A DNA stretch of 63,630 nt, counting the filler, from Choristocarpus tenellus KU-1152 (Eukaryota > Protista > Phaeophyceae), in NCBI GenBank assembly GCA_964200185.2. It is 9 parts of 9 records of this genome, joined end to end, with 100 filler letters (N's around TTAATTAATTAA, not from the genome) between each part and the next. Parts side by side here need not be neighbours in the genome. Positions count along the whole stretch, not along the records: positions 26,667 to 41,829 come from CAXNAD020001040.1; positions 41,930 to 44,784 come from CAXNAD020024171.1; positions 44,885 to 51,558 come from CAXNAD020007595.1; 6 more parts are not named here. The stretch is one strand, 5' to 3'. The notes beneath the pieces were generated by a model, which saw only the letters and a program-made list of their open reading frames with translations, made no database searches and had not been told where the DNA came from. Position numbers and translations under genes: made by a program. Of the stretch, positions 36,461 through 48,465 are shown piece by piece. The stretch's first letter is position 1. Each line of letters begins with the position of its first letter.

Positions 36461-37086
36461 TGTTAACAAACCACCATAATGATACAGACTTATGGGATTG
36501 AGGCGTATGATGTATGTGGCATAGTTCTCGTGGCAATCACAGTAGACGATATCTGTGCGATAGGAGATGATTTTGCAAATCCTCTGTGCAAGTAATGGTA
36601 TTGCTACCGTAAACATAACCATACTCTGGTTCTTTTATCTCATCTTCTTCAGTTCATCTCTGACTTACTTTACCTCTGCAACATTCTACCAAGTCGTAAA
36701 CATAACAATACTCTGGTTCCTTTATCTCCTCTTCTTCAATTTATCTCTGACTTGTTTTACCTCTGCACCATTCTACCAAGTCCGCAAATGATGCCCCAGA
36801 CAACAATACACTGGCAGATTCTTGAGGACTTCTACCCTGATGATCGTTTGTACACCTTGCTCAGTTTGATGTAGTACTGTTGTGCTTGACCATATCTGCT
36901 CGCTCTCCAGAAGACATCCTTGAGGCATGTGATGGGCAAAGTGGACAAGGTCATATGTACCTCCATAATTTCATGTTGAGAGCACACCATGAGACTGCCG
37001 CCATCTGCCCCCAGGGTCTGGAGGGCAGCAGTATACCACATTAAATCTTCCATAGGACGATAATGATAATACTGAAATGATGACAC
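36460..37086 (-). pseudogene. Possible DNA transposase relic (Sola2-like)
   Basis: Broken minus-strand frames contain SLMVCSQHEIME and LLAQRICKIISYRTDIVYCDCHENY...PISLY. These resemble, from memory, the CxCxxHxN and DFxENY...QSxxW motifs of Sola2-type transposases. Confidence 0.3.
36608..36781. repeat. 87-bp tandem duplication (2 copies)
   Basis: cgtaaacataac.atactctggttc.tttatctc...tttacctctgca.cattctaccaagt starts at 36608 and 36695. Confidence 0.9.
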
Positions 37087-37197
37087 CTACGGTATATATC
37101 CCCCTCTTCAATAGACACCATTCACCAATCATCCCATACACATCTTCACCCCTTTCCTACACTACTGCACATGATGTACCTATTGAACGTGTACATT

Positions 37198-37400
37198 CCA
37201 CTCCAGTATCCTATATATACCAGTATCCACTCCAGTATCCCCACCACTGCACAACTACACTGTAACACAATAGATATCCATTAAGCTTGCACACTCCACT
37301 CCAGTAACCTATATATACCAGTATCCACTCCAGTATCCTTGTCGTTGCACACTTACTTACCTACACTGCATTACATTAAATATCCTTCAAGCTTGCACGC
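37198..37400. repeat. ~98-bp tandem duplication
   Basis: ccactccagta.cctatatataccagtatccactccagtatcc...aagcttgcac starts at 37198 and 37296. Confidence 0.8.
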
Positions 37401-39078
37401 TTCACTACAGTGTCCCTGATGCTGCACACATCCATAACACTGGTTGTTGTCCCTGTTTCCAGAGACAAATCAGTTGAGAGGTAGGCAGGGTAGCATTTTA
37501 AGGATACCAAAAAAAAGCAAAAATACATCTTTTTGTCTAATTGTGGTGTCACTTTATGTGTGGAAAGGGGAAATATCAATTTTGCGTATACAAATATTGT
37601 GTACAGAAAGCATTGGAATAGAGTTTATTGCACAGGGTCAGAAAGATGGCTTAGAATGCAAAAGGGTCCAAACCTGCCTTCCTCTCAACTGGTTTGGCTC
37701 ACCAGCCGACCTCCAACTACAGCACCCAACCCCTACAGTGACTGCCACCTGGCAACACTGCCACTGGCATAACACAGTATTTTCCTACTTCGAAGTATAA
37801 TGCCTAACACCTGCCCCACGGACCACAGGCTTCAGGGTGTAAGCCTTCGTCAGGTTGACATTTTGGATACTGCATTGTGATTCCTTGCTGAGGGACAAGG
37901 GTACACACCTGACTCCCAATCACAATGTCTTGCTGACTTGTACACCTCCTCATCCTAGAGGATCACGTCTCCGACAGGGATGAAGCACTTTGATTCCTCA
38001 AAGAGATATTTTGTCCACTATCCATTGCAATAGAGGCATTTCAAAAGGACGAGGTAGAGTGTAGAGTTGGGGTCCTCTGCAATATTCAGTGCAAGTTCCA
38101 GACTAGAGTATGCCATGCTGTAGCAAACGCATAACTATTACCCTCCATCAACTACCTGGAATGGGTATTAGCCACCCATGGAGTAAAGACAGAAACACTT
38201 CACTGCCTAAACGTTAAGTCCTAATCTCACAACCAGGTCAGCTGACAACATCTCACTTCACTCTTCACAATACCCATAGAAACACGTTCACTGCCTTTAG
38301 CATGTACTCCTATTGTTATGCCTGTGTCAAATAAGATCTGCTCCACAATACACACCCTTCACCCTACCTTCAAGTCACAACCGTATGCACTGCTCAAGCA
38401 TCAACTCATACCCCTCCTACACAGCTGCCTTGACTTCCAACATGACACTAGTGGACTCTCTCTTAAACGAACTCTTCTGCTTCACACACTCCTCCCTATG
38501 CAATGTGTCCAAATAATTCTTTGGGTACCTTTCACCTCCAACATCACACTACATAATCCAAAACACTGATCTCTCAACTTCAATATTCAACTCCTCCACC
38601 CTACTCTGTTGAACAATTTTGTGTTGGTTGTGTGACTGATTTTGACCCCTTTTTTGAGACGATGTACCCAACTCTGCATGGAGTGTAGACCAAAATTTTC
38701 TTATGTTTTCATTTAAATGACTTGTAATAATTGTTTTGGTGTTGAGCGACAAGACGCTCAGGAGGTGGTTGTTTTCTGTATACCTCAATTGTGAAAGGGA
38801 AGGGTAGGACTCCTCTCATATATTTATCAAGTGTTGAGGGATACACCCTTTCACATTGATTGTGAAGACTTTTTCACTGATGAGCCATCGGCGATTTTTG
38901 TCAAGTAATCCATCGAGAGTCAAATCAAGATTTTTTTTAACAATGTTTATGGTACTTGGTTTTTAGCGTTGTTGACGTTGTGATTTTACCATGTTTGGTT
39001 TTGGTAAGAGTGTAATAATGGTGTGGTTAGATCAGACGTGGGAATGATGCATTGGGGACTGATGCTGACCTGCCTCTC

Positions 39079-39336
39079 GAGCCAAATTATCTTAGAGGGT
39101 AGAGTCGCGTCCATTTGGGGTCCAAAATCCATTGTTGCGATTTTGATGTAATTTTGACTATCGTATTTGTAAGGAAGTGTCAATATCCTTGTTCCAGACC
39201 CACCTTTTCATAACGTACACATTTTACCTACTCCGAAATATTTTGGAGTAGGTCAAAGTTGTATAAACCCCAAGGGAAGTCAAGCCCCAAATGGACAAAC
39301 AAGGCAAAACTCGTACCCTCTAAGATACTTTCACTC
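39079..39336 (+). mobile_element. MITE subfamily A, full length, at the truncation point of the adjacent Gypsy copy
   Basis: gagccaaattatcttagagggtag ... gtaccctctaagatactttcactc; no TSD. Confidence 0.92.
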
Positions 39337-40434
39337 TAATTGTCAGACCAGATGGTATTTCCAAAGCGGAAAACCTGAAACGACTAGCTTCTGACAGTGG
39401 GTGTGGGTGTGCGACATCACTACCCTGTTCAATGGATCTTACGTCATCGATGCCCGTTCCCCGAACTTGGAGCTTTAGCAGGTCCTGAAGCCATTCAGGA
39501 GATATGGTGTTTGTTCTTGCGCACTTGTTGACGTGGTGCGCAATGAATGCTGGTACAGTATCACCGAAGTTGGCCTGCAAAATGGCCACCTCACAAGTAT
39601 TAGAACTTGGAAACAGACCGGTTCTTCCTGAAAGAGGACGCGACAAGTGTCACGGTCGCCCGAGCTAACACAATGCTCAATGGTCGACGGCATGGGTCTG
39701 GCATGAGTCTGACGATCAGTAAGAGGGGAAGAGGGGGGAACGGCGTCTACATTCGGCAAGTGTTATGTTACTGGACGAAGTAGAGTTGACACTAGACGAG
39801 TCAGAATCGATATGGGTTGAAGACCCCATGTCTTACGTAGACCCATGACCTTGGACCTCCTCCTCTGGTGTTCTGGATGGTTCCAGATCTGGAGTTATGT
39901 ACTCCCTTGCACGAGGTTTTCACCTCGATCTTGAGTTCGGCATCTTTCGTCCGTGATCAAACTGAAATTTCCCGTCACCCTATTTCTGAGGTCACCGGTG
40001 TCGCCAATGTGAATCGTGTGATTCTGTGGCGGCGGGGTTCACTCAGGCAAGGGTGGTGAAGAGAATCACCGGGCAAGACGGACCACCAGATGTGCAAATT
40101 GAGGAGTAATGAGCATCATCAAAGATGGGGCTTCATCAGTCAAGCCCCAAATGGACAAACAGGGCAAAACTCGTACCCTCTAAGATATTTTCACTCATCA
40201 CCATCAGTGAAGACGTGAGAACAAGTGGATCTTCCATATGTGACAACTCCGAATGACGAGCTGTCCCAAGTCTATGGAATTGGTCACATGAAGAGATTCC
40301 ATGGTTTCATTCGGACGGAAAGCCTGTCAGTGAAATCATGGAGGCTTGACTGGGAACCTCAATCGGTACAACGGTATAATAGTATATAGCATACAGCAAT
40401 AACGGTAAAACAACAGACAAACATGCTTTCCATA
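39337..40434 (-). mobile_element. Ty3/Gypsy element 5' part (LTR 40091-40434, primer-binding site, 5' gag); same family as 52037-56199
   Basis: Collinear with 52037-53118 (e.g. FGDTVPAFIAHHVNKCARTNT vs FGDAVPAFIAHHVNERARTNT). The LTR ends ...tttgcaCA, followed by tctggTGGTCCGTCTTGCCCGG. Confidence 0.88.
40139..40196 (+). mobile_element. 58-bp right-end remnant of MITE A inside the Gypsy LTR, flanked by ATCA
   Basis: atca[gtcaagccccaaatggac...ctaagatattttcactc]atca; absent from the paralogous LTR at ~52270. Confidence 0.85.
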
Positions 40435-41829
40435 AAAATAGGAGTAAGAAACAGAAACGAAAGAAAACAATCGGATGATGAGGGTAAAAGTGTGGAAACT
40501 GAATAAATAATAAATAAATATAAATTAAATTAAATTAGAAAAGAAGAACAAGAAAAGAAAGGAGAAAAATAGTCAGTGGATAATGAAAGTAACAACTATA
40601 AAAAAATGAAATGAAAAATGAAAGGATGGTGGGATGAGAACTAATAATAAATAAATAAACATCAATCGAACAGAAGCGTGAGATAAAGAATATATATGAA
40701 AATAGAAAATTCAAGATCAAAGAGAGTAGTTACAACATAGAAAAGAGGAAAAAAATAAATAATGAGTTTGGTGGGGTCTTTTTTCAAAAGAATTCAGACT
40801 ATACAATCCATATATTACTGTATGCTCTAATGCGGGCAGCTTCTTCATTCCAACTTCTGCTGTCTCATATTCCTTTCAGTGCCTATATCTATCACTGCTT
40901 TATTCTCTTGTTCTAACATATACCGCCTGAACCTCACCTTGCCCTTCAGGCATGGAGTTGTTACCTGCTGGGAGGTTTTCTGGTGGAGCCACTCATCTCT
41001 CTCCTGTTGAATTCCCCCCTACCTCGATCCTTCATCCATACCCTCCAGTAGAGTGGCTTGAAGCCCAAACCTGGACCATATGTACTACCTGATCTCTTCA
41101 AACTGGAGGGAAGACTCAGTATTCATCTCAGCGCTTAGGATTCTTGGCAGCTTCCTACTATGGGCTGGATTTTCTTCCGCTTGGTTTTGTCATCTTCTTG
41201 GATGGTTTTGGAGTGCTTTCACCGTTTAACTCGATTTTCTTCTGCTTGGTTTCGTCGTCTCCTTGGGTGGCCTTTGAGCGCTTCCATCACCTCCAAACTT
41301 AGAGGAAGGGCCTGGAGTGATGGCATCTGTGGCTCCAAGGAAGGCACCGTACACCCCCGATCGTAAACGAGTCGTCTCTAACCGCCATGGTATAGACGTT
41401 GCCTAGGTAGGTATTTCTCACCATTCGTAACTCAGATTCCCGATCTCTTTTTCGCCTATTGCACAGTTCTTATGTTTCTCTGATTCGCAGACATTCCTGG
41501 CTCACAGAGTGCACAGGGAATCGAAGTCATGCCTGATGCACAGGTTCCGCCGGGAATCAGCTATTCGAAGAGGTTCCAGCCCTGGGTCATACTTCAAGAG
41601 AATTCCTGCAGCAGCTGTGACAACGCCGCGACCCTAACCCTTGAGAAATATGGCAAAAGTAGTTTTGTCAAAAGCTGGGTGCACGCCGGTGATAGATCTG
41701 GGCGAGGTGGGAAACCTAAGCGAGTTAAAGACATTAGCTGGCAACCCGTGGCGGGTATTGTTTGGACTTGTGATAAACTTGTTGAGAACGGCAGGAAGAT
41801 TCCCACTAAAGCCTTAGCAGTTCTACGGT

Positions 41830-41929
41830 NNNNNNNNNNNNNNNNNNNNNNNNNNNNNNNNNNNNNNNNNNNNTTAATTAATTAANNNNNNNNNNNNNNN
41901 NNNNNNNNNNNNNNNNNNNNNNNNNNNNN
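41830..41929. other. Artificial contig linker
   Basis: N44-TTAATTAATTAA-N44. Confidence 0.98.
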
Positions 41930-42132
41930 GGATGAAGGCTATTCTCCAAGGCGGTGGGCAAACTCCTGAATTTCAAACACACCTTGTAAAGGGCATCTTC
42001 GGGAAGGCCCATATGGGATGGATTCCCAAATATAGAGGCTGCAACATCGAACCCCTCATTATCTTGTTTTGAGACAGCAGCCTCGACATTCATTGGCTGT
42101 GCCCAGTCTGGTATGTTTTCGGGGTCGCTCAT
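41930..42132 (-). CDS. Hypothetical protein exon cut by contig edge
   Basis: A polypyrimidine tract and acacAG precede ATG; the frame MSDPENIPDWAQPMNVEAAVSKQDNEGFDVAASIFGNPSHMGLPEDALYKVCLKF... stays open to the linker. No family recognised. Confidence 0.45.
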
Positions 42133-44784
42133 CTGTGTGTTGTCAAGGGGGGAGGGTGGAAGGGGGAGGTGAAATGTTCTCACTGAGGGTCTCTGATACA
42201 CCCAAACAGAACGTAGAGATGGTAAAGTTGCTAAGGAGATTGTTGATCATCATCTATGAGGGGATTGTGGCCGCTCTCCAGGATGAAAAATTTGTGTTTC
42301 TATTTTGGGACGAGTTACAAAATTCTTCAAAAATCACATATTTCATTCCTAACCCTAAACACGTTCGTGCTTTTCGTTTTGGTGGTCATCATGAGCTTAG
42401 ATATCTCCTCAAAAACATACTAGTACAATATCGCAGGAGAGAGAGCTCCTCAGAACGCACAAAAAGATGTAATAGAAATGTCACTTCGATGCACTGATGC
42501 TGCCCCTTAGCAGAAAATTGGACATTGTCTTTGGATACGGTGGATACGCACAATTAATGGTACCTTACAAAAAATGCAACAGTATAGACATGGCAATAAC
42601 TCTTGACATACACTTATGGGCTTAAACCACACTTGATTCTTTGTATTGTTGATTTTTGATGAAATGCGAAAGCTTCTACCAAAAAATGTGAAGCCCTTGC
42701 ACCACTCAAATCAATTGGAAAATGATCCAGACTGAAGCTTGTGCTCTCACAAGGAGGCCACAGGATATATTTGAAATCGTCTATGCAGTTCCCATCTACC
42801 GCTAGCAAAGGTAGGAAGCACAATCCATCTATGGCATTGTGAGTGCATTCCGATTCCAATCACTTACAAGATCTCCCATAGCTGCTGATCTGCCACAGGG
42901 GAATTATTACACACGGTCCTCATTGGTAGGGATGCACAAGCGACAACTTATTGGCCAACAGGATATTCCCCTATATCTCCATAATACAATTCTCGAAAAC
43001 TTGATTCCATCCATACATTGTGCCTGTTGCTAGATACTGCAGCATCATGAGACAAATCAATGGACCCGCAAATATATGCAGCAATCGTTTTCGTGTCCGG
43101 GCAGTCCACGGGATCGGGGGGGAGTTCAAATGTCAGCAGGCAGTCACCCGTATTCCCGCAACAACAGCTTAGATGGGCCACTATATCCAAGTATCTGCTT
43201 CTTCTGTTCCCGTCTATACCTCCTGAAACTCAACTCCATACTGAGACAGGTGGATTTCGATTCTCACGATTGAGTTCTAGAAGGGAAAAGAAGATGCAGA
43301 AGCCTATGAAACAGTCCCCCATCGATCTCCCTTTCCCCTCTATCTCGAATGACATCAGCATTACAAACCAAAACTGACCGACGGTTTTCTCTTGCACGCA
43401 GCAGTCATAAAGTGCTACTTTCTGGTGTTAATTATCCAATACGAAGTGACGAGGTGGTAAATAGGCGTTCCATTGCCCTCCCGGAGTCCAAGTTTAAAAA
43501 GGCTTACAATAGCAACGTGTACGGTATGCGGCTTCTGTGGCGAATCACAACTATCGCAGCCACAATACATGTCAATTTGTGTATTGACAAACAGGTGATA
43601 TTGAATCCATGTAGTAAACTCAGTTAGCAGGTCCAGCACGAAAGAATCCCATCTTTGGGAGCCTGCGTATATACATGTCTTGAACCGCTGGTTATTTTTG
43701 ACAGAGGTTTGTTCGATCCTGAACGAAGTGAGGGACTGTGCAAAATCCTGTTTGAGAGGGGAACTACATACCTTCGAAGTCGGCGAGGTATGGCCGCTAG
43801 GTGTATTTCAGAGATCAGAACTTATTGTCTCTCCAATACAGGTGGAAAATTCAGTTGACCCACAATCGCTCCACTTGATATGGTAATTTTTGTTCACGGA
43901 ATGGAGTGGTGCCTTACCAAACAGCGTGTGGCGTGTGGACCAACGCACGGTGCAGTTACAGAAATTCGTAACTGCCAAACACGTAAAAAATGTGTAGTCG
44001 CGTGAGAGGTAATAATGATTACCACTACCGCTTACTGTATATATGACATTAATTATATTATTATTGTATCATGACCCACACTTTCTTCGGATAGTGGGTC
44101 AGAGGATGAGAAAGGACCAAAATCTAGTTAACTGAAGCTTTTATACATGAGTCGTCACTTCGAAAGACCTCTAAGAATGAATTGAAACTGAAGTATATAC
44201 AAGGTAGGTTCACTCGGAGACTGTTTCCTATGCACCCATGTTTATACTACCATGTACGTATGGCTACAGTCTAGTCCTGCGAAAGGTGATCGAGAAGTAT
44301 GTATCAACCAACATTACCGTCCCCTTGTGTCACTGCAAGGTTTGATTGTAGTCTGCAGCGATTTCCAATTCCCAGTTCTTGAGTATTATTAGCAATTACC
44401 ACTATTTTCGATTGTGACGATATGGTGAGGATATTTGGAATAGTTCACCTCTCTGCATTCTCACATTTTTCCCAATCATTTTACTCGATCTAGAACATGA
44501 TGCCCCTGCTAGTGGTTTGAGCAACATGCTATTTTTGATGGTACCACTACGAAAAATAATACGGTGTATTTTTGAAAACAATTTATTTGGAACTGACACG
44601 ATTATGTAAGATTTGATGGATAACTACTTCATTGCCAACAGTATGATATTTACAACAATAAATCTAGGTACGCCATGACTGGGAGGATCGACAACACAAG
44701 ATGAAAGTTTTTTACCTGTGTATGCTTACCATTTGATAATACGTGCTTCCTTATCTCCCCCCCCGGGGCACAGGAGTAGGTAGA

Positions 44785-44884
44785 NNNNNNNNNNNNNNNN
44801 NNNNNNNNNNNNNNNNNNNNNNNNNNNNTTAATTAATTAANNNNNNNNNNNNNNNNNNNNNNNNNNNNNNNNNNNNNNNNNNNN
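44785..44884. other. Artificial contig linker
   Basis: N44-TTAATTAATTAA-N44. Confidence 0.98.
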
Positions 44885-45135
44885 TGATGACATCAGTTGT
44901 CAGTTGTGTTGATCACATCAGTTGTCAGTTGTGTTGATCACATCAGTTGTCAGTTGTTTTGATCACATCAGTTGTCAGTTGTGTTGATCACATCAGTTGT
45001 CAGTTGTTTTGATCACATCAGTTGTCAGTTGTGTTGATCACATCAGTTGTCAGTTGTGTTGATCACATCAGTTGTCAGTTGTTTTGATCACATCAGTTGT
45101 CAGTTGTGTTGATCACATCAGTTGTCAGTTGTTTT
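44885..45135. repeat. 25-bp minisatellite, ~10 near-identical copies
   Basis: Unit catcagttgtcagttgt(g/t)ttgatca with no spacers between copies. Confidence 0.95.
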
Positions 45136-46016
45136 GCGGGCAAGGTGATAGGATGGGTCGGGTCGCTGTGCCCAGAGGTGATGTTGTGAGAGTGACAGTT
45201 TCAAATGGATAGAGAGATAAATAGATATTCACACATATGTTAAAGTCGGTTCCCGCTCCTTTTTGTACATGTGATTGATACCCTCGTACCCATGTGAACA
45301 TTGTTCTAATTAAGCATGCAGAGGTTCAGTGTGGTTGCTAGGAAGAGAGATCAGCCAGGTGTGAATATTGATTAATATATAGTTTCCTCCACAAGAAAGA
45401 TCAGTGTGTGAGGTGGTTGTAATCAAATTTATTGCGGAAAATATTCTGAGAAACACATTTCAAAGATCACAAACCGGCGGGCACAACTTCATCTTTGTGC
45501 CATGCAAAATTATAATTTATGCACAGGCCCTGCCAAAGTCCCAAACAGAGTTATGTGACATATAGAATGCCTACTTGTGTGGGTATGGAGATGATTCCTC
45601 CATGGTAGATACCCTTTCATCACGTGGGTTTTGGCCCCTCCAATAGGGAGGATGTCACCATTCTACTGGGGCATCTGTACCTGATCAGGTCTCATGCTGT
45701 ATTGCCTGCACTGATGCCAATGTGTCGCTGAGTGAGAGTTAATGTATGTTCAATTGACATGTTAACTTATATCTCAGGGTTAGGGTTAGGGTTAGGCAGC
45801 CATTAACCATTTCACCAGGCCTTTTCCACCGGACTAGATCCTACACAGGTCCACATAAGGCCTTGCTCTCCCAATTTCAATTTCAATTGTATCTGTAGTT
45901 TTCTGAGTGCAGAATGATACTTATTTTCATCATTTGGAATGATATAAGTGTTCCCCGAGGTCGATTTTATAAAAATATATTCACCTTTTTTTAATTGATT
46001 TTAATATTAATGTCAG

Positions 46017-48465
46017 GGTGAACTACCGTGGTCAGGGAGTGTCTGAGTCAAAGCTTAGACGGATTGAAGAGGAGGATAATGCAAGGCAGGAATTTGAAGA
46101 GGATCATATGGTCCGATTGGTGAGTGAGGACATCTCTTGACATGGAAAAACTTTCCTTGATGCAACCAGTGTTTTTTGTGTGTAGATTTTATTGTTTTGA
46201 GTACATAAATATATATTTTTTTTTGAAGTTTTTCATTTTTTTTTTAGTGAGCACAGGATGAGAGAGGTTCACCGAGAATTGCCGATTTGTATGATGAACC
46301 TATCATGATGACAAGAAGTGCTGTTGAGATAAAAGCAGTCGTCGTGAAGGGATGAGGGATTGAGGTTTTTGTGGTAGAATGATGGAGTAATACCATATAC
46401 TACCATGATGAGGATTTTTTCTGCCATTCCACCATTATGGTGACTAAATTGGCATGCTTCTTACAGGTTAGAAATCATGAGCATCTGGGGGGATAGGTTT
46501 GTTCAAGGCAGGTGACAATTGCCACGCCATGCCCTGATATTTCTCCTTTGTTTTCATTTCTATGCCGATGTCCTCTTCCATCAACCTTAATTTTTTTTTA
46601 ACGTTCAGACCATGACCAGAAAGGGCAAGAAGGAACGGAGGAATTTGGAGAAGGAGGCAGATCGATTGGAGACCATAGCCGATGTTGGCAATGCAGTAGA
46701 CTTTGTTAGGGTTGCTCGAGAGGCAGGTGTGTAAAGGTCAGGGGGGGGGGGGGGGGGAAACAGTGGGGGGGATTAGAAGCAATGGAGGTTTTTTGTCTCT
46801 TCTGTTGTAGGANNNNNNNNNNGGGGGGGGGGGGGGTTTAAACTGTGGGAGGTATTAGAAGGAATTCATGTTTTGTCTCTCTGCTGTTGTAGCACCCCTC
46901 CTGCCAGTGAAACTCACAATATTCTCGGCTGTGCTGTACTCTGAAGCTTACGTGTGTCCTGTGGCCTTGACTTGGTGTATGTTGTTGATGAAGTGATTGT
47001 AAAATTATGTTTTCTGTTGCGCTCTTCTGAATTTGATCTGATCTGATCTGATCTGAATTGGGCACGGGATGAAAGGAGCTAGGCTATGTATCTATGTATG
47101 TATACTTGAAGACATTGTGAAGACAAGACCACTTACAAGACGATGTTTCTATTGACCCTGCCTCTGGTTGACTTATTGGTTATTGACTTTGATTTGACCT
47201 TTGTAGGCCGCTGCTTGGCAAAATAATTGTTTTGATCTCAACTTACTGCCAACAAAGTTTTAAAAAAAATATATGGAAATGTCCGATTTCTGGATTTTCA
47301 ATCGCATTAATAGAAATAAAAGTATTGAAGTTCTTGGCATAATGGTTCTTTTGATATCAAATGTGAACAATAGTCCTCCTTTGGAAACACTCTAATGAAG
47401 AACAAGACTGAAAAGTAATCCTTGCTAGTGAAGAACAAGCCTGAAAGGTAATCCTTGCTAATGAAGAACAAGCCTGAAAGGTAATCCTTACCTCAGCGTT
47501 GGAAACTACAAAGCTTTCTGTGCAAAAGGGCAAGAGAATGTCTCTGTGCTCTCCTGTTGTTTGCAGCATATTGCTCTACCCGGTACCTTTATTCCTTTGA
47601 AAAACATCACATATGTACCCAAACAAGGACTATGGATCAGTATCACTTGGTTCTTTGTAATTTTTTACCTTAAAAGATTAGCCACCGTACCTATGTTTTC
47701 AGCTACACTTCAGAATGAATCGTTTTGATGTCTAGAGCATAGGTGAGTGGGTTACTTGCACTAAAAGAGCAAGTGGTGACCTTTGTCTCCTCCCTTGGTC
47801 AGGAGAATGATATGTGAAAGATAGCTGCTGTATGACAGACTGGGTGATGCTATCTCTGTCTCCCTACTTGCAGATTTTAGAGACTTATCTGGTATTCCTA
47901 TTATTGGGATGGAGAGGTGTTGTGGATCAATTCATCTGTATGCCACAGCCCAAGGTGGTGCCCATCTGTTCTTTGATTTAGTGTCAGGGAGGGTCTTGTA
48001 TTCCATGTTGAAAACAAAATTGAGAGGCAATATTTTGTATTACTCACTGAACTTTCATGAGTGCAAATACTTGAAAAAAAATCTTGAAGAGATCTTACTA
48101 CACATTATTTCACCATGATTTTTTCTAAGTTGCTTGTTTTGTTTCAATTATTTTGTTCTTTATTTCACAGCCCAAAAAAATCATTTATATTTATATTTAT
48201 GTGTATGTATAGATATCTCTGTGGGGTGTCTATTTTGAATGACCTTGTCCTATTGTGTCTGTCACTGTTACTACACTGGGTGGGGGGACATCCAGGAGAG
48301 ATTCCTACAGGGAAATATATCAGCCAAGATAGGGGAAATCTTGGAGGGAGAAGGAAGAAGCGGGGGAGTGGGGGAGCAGGCGGTGCGCTGGAGCTGGCTA
48401 TGGGGGCTGTTGGTCAAAGTATGTCAATATCATCATCTGGCAAGAAGAAGTCCAGACTCAAATGA
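46017..48465 (+). CDS. Neuroguidin/Lcp5-like SSU processome protein, 3' exons (46017-46119, 46609-46726, 48296-48465)
   Basis: GT-AG spliced exons join in phase: ...KLRRIEEEDNARQEFEEDHMVRL|TMTRKGKKERRNLEKE...KKKSRLK*. RxxFEExxxxRL followed by a basic patch matches the NGDN/Lcp5 C-terminal motif. Confidence 0.65.
47392..47489. repeat. 33-bp tandem repeat, 3 copies (intronic)
   Basis: atgaagaacaagcctgaaaggtaatccttgcta-type units start at 47395, 47428 and 47461. Confidence 0.9.

Noticed and set aside
41529-41829. ORF open to the contig end (MPDAQVPPG...)
   Set aside because: No recognisable domain, and the upstream neighbourhood looks decayed; I cannot tell exon from relic.
43952-43976. Hairpin gcagttac-N8-gtaactgc as a terminator or Helitron end
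   Set aside because: No downstream CTRR end or T tract, and no second copy in the window.
44885-45135. CRISPR-like 25-bp repeat
   Set aside because: Units are contiguous with no unique spacers, no cas genes are present, and the context is eukaryotic.
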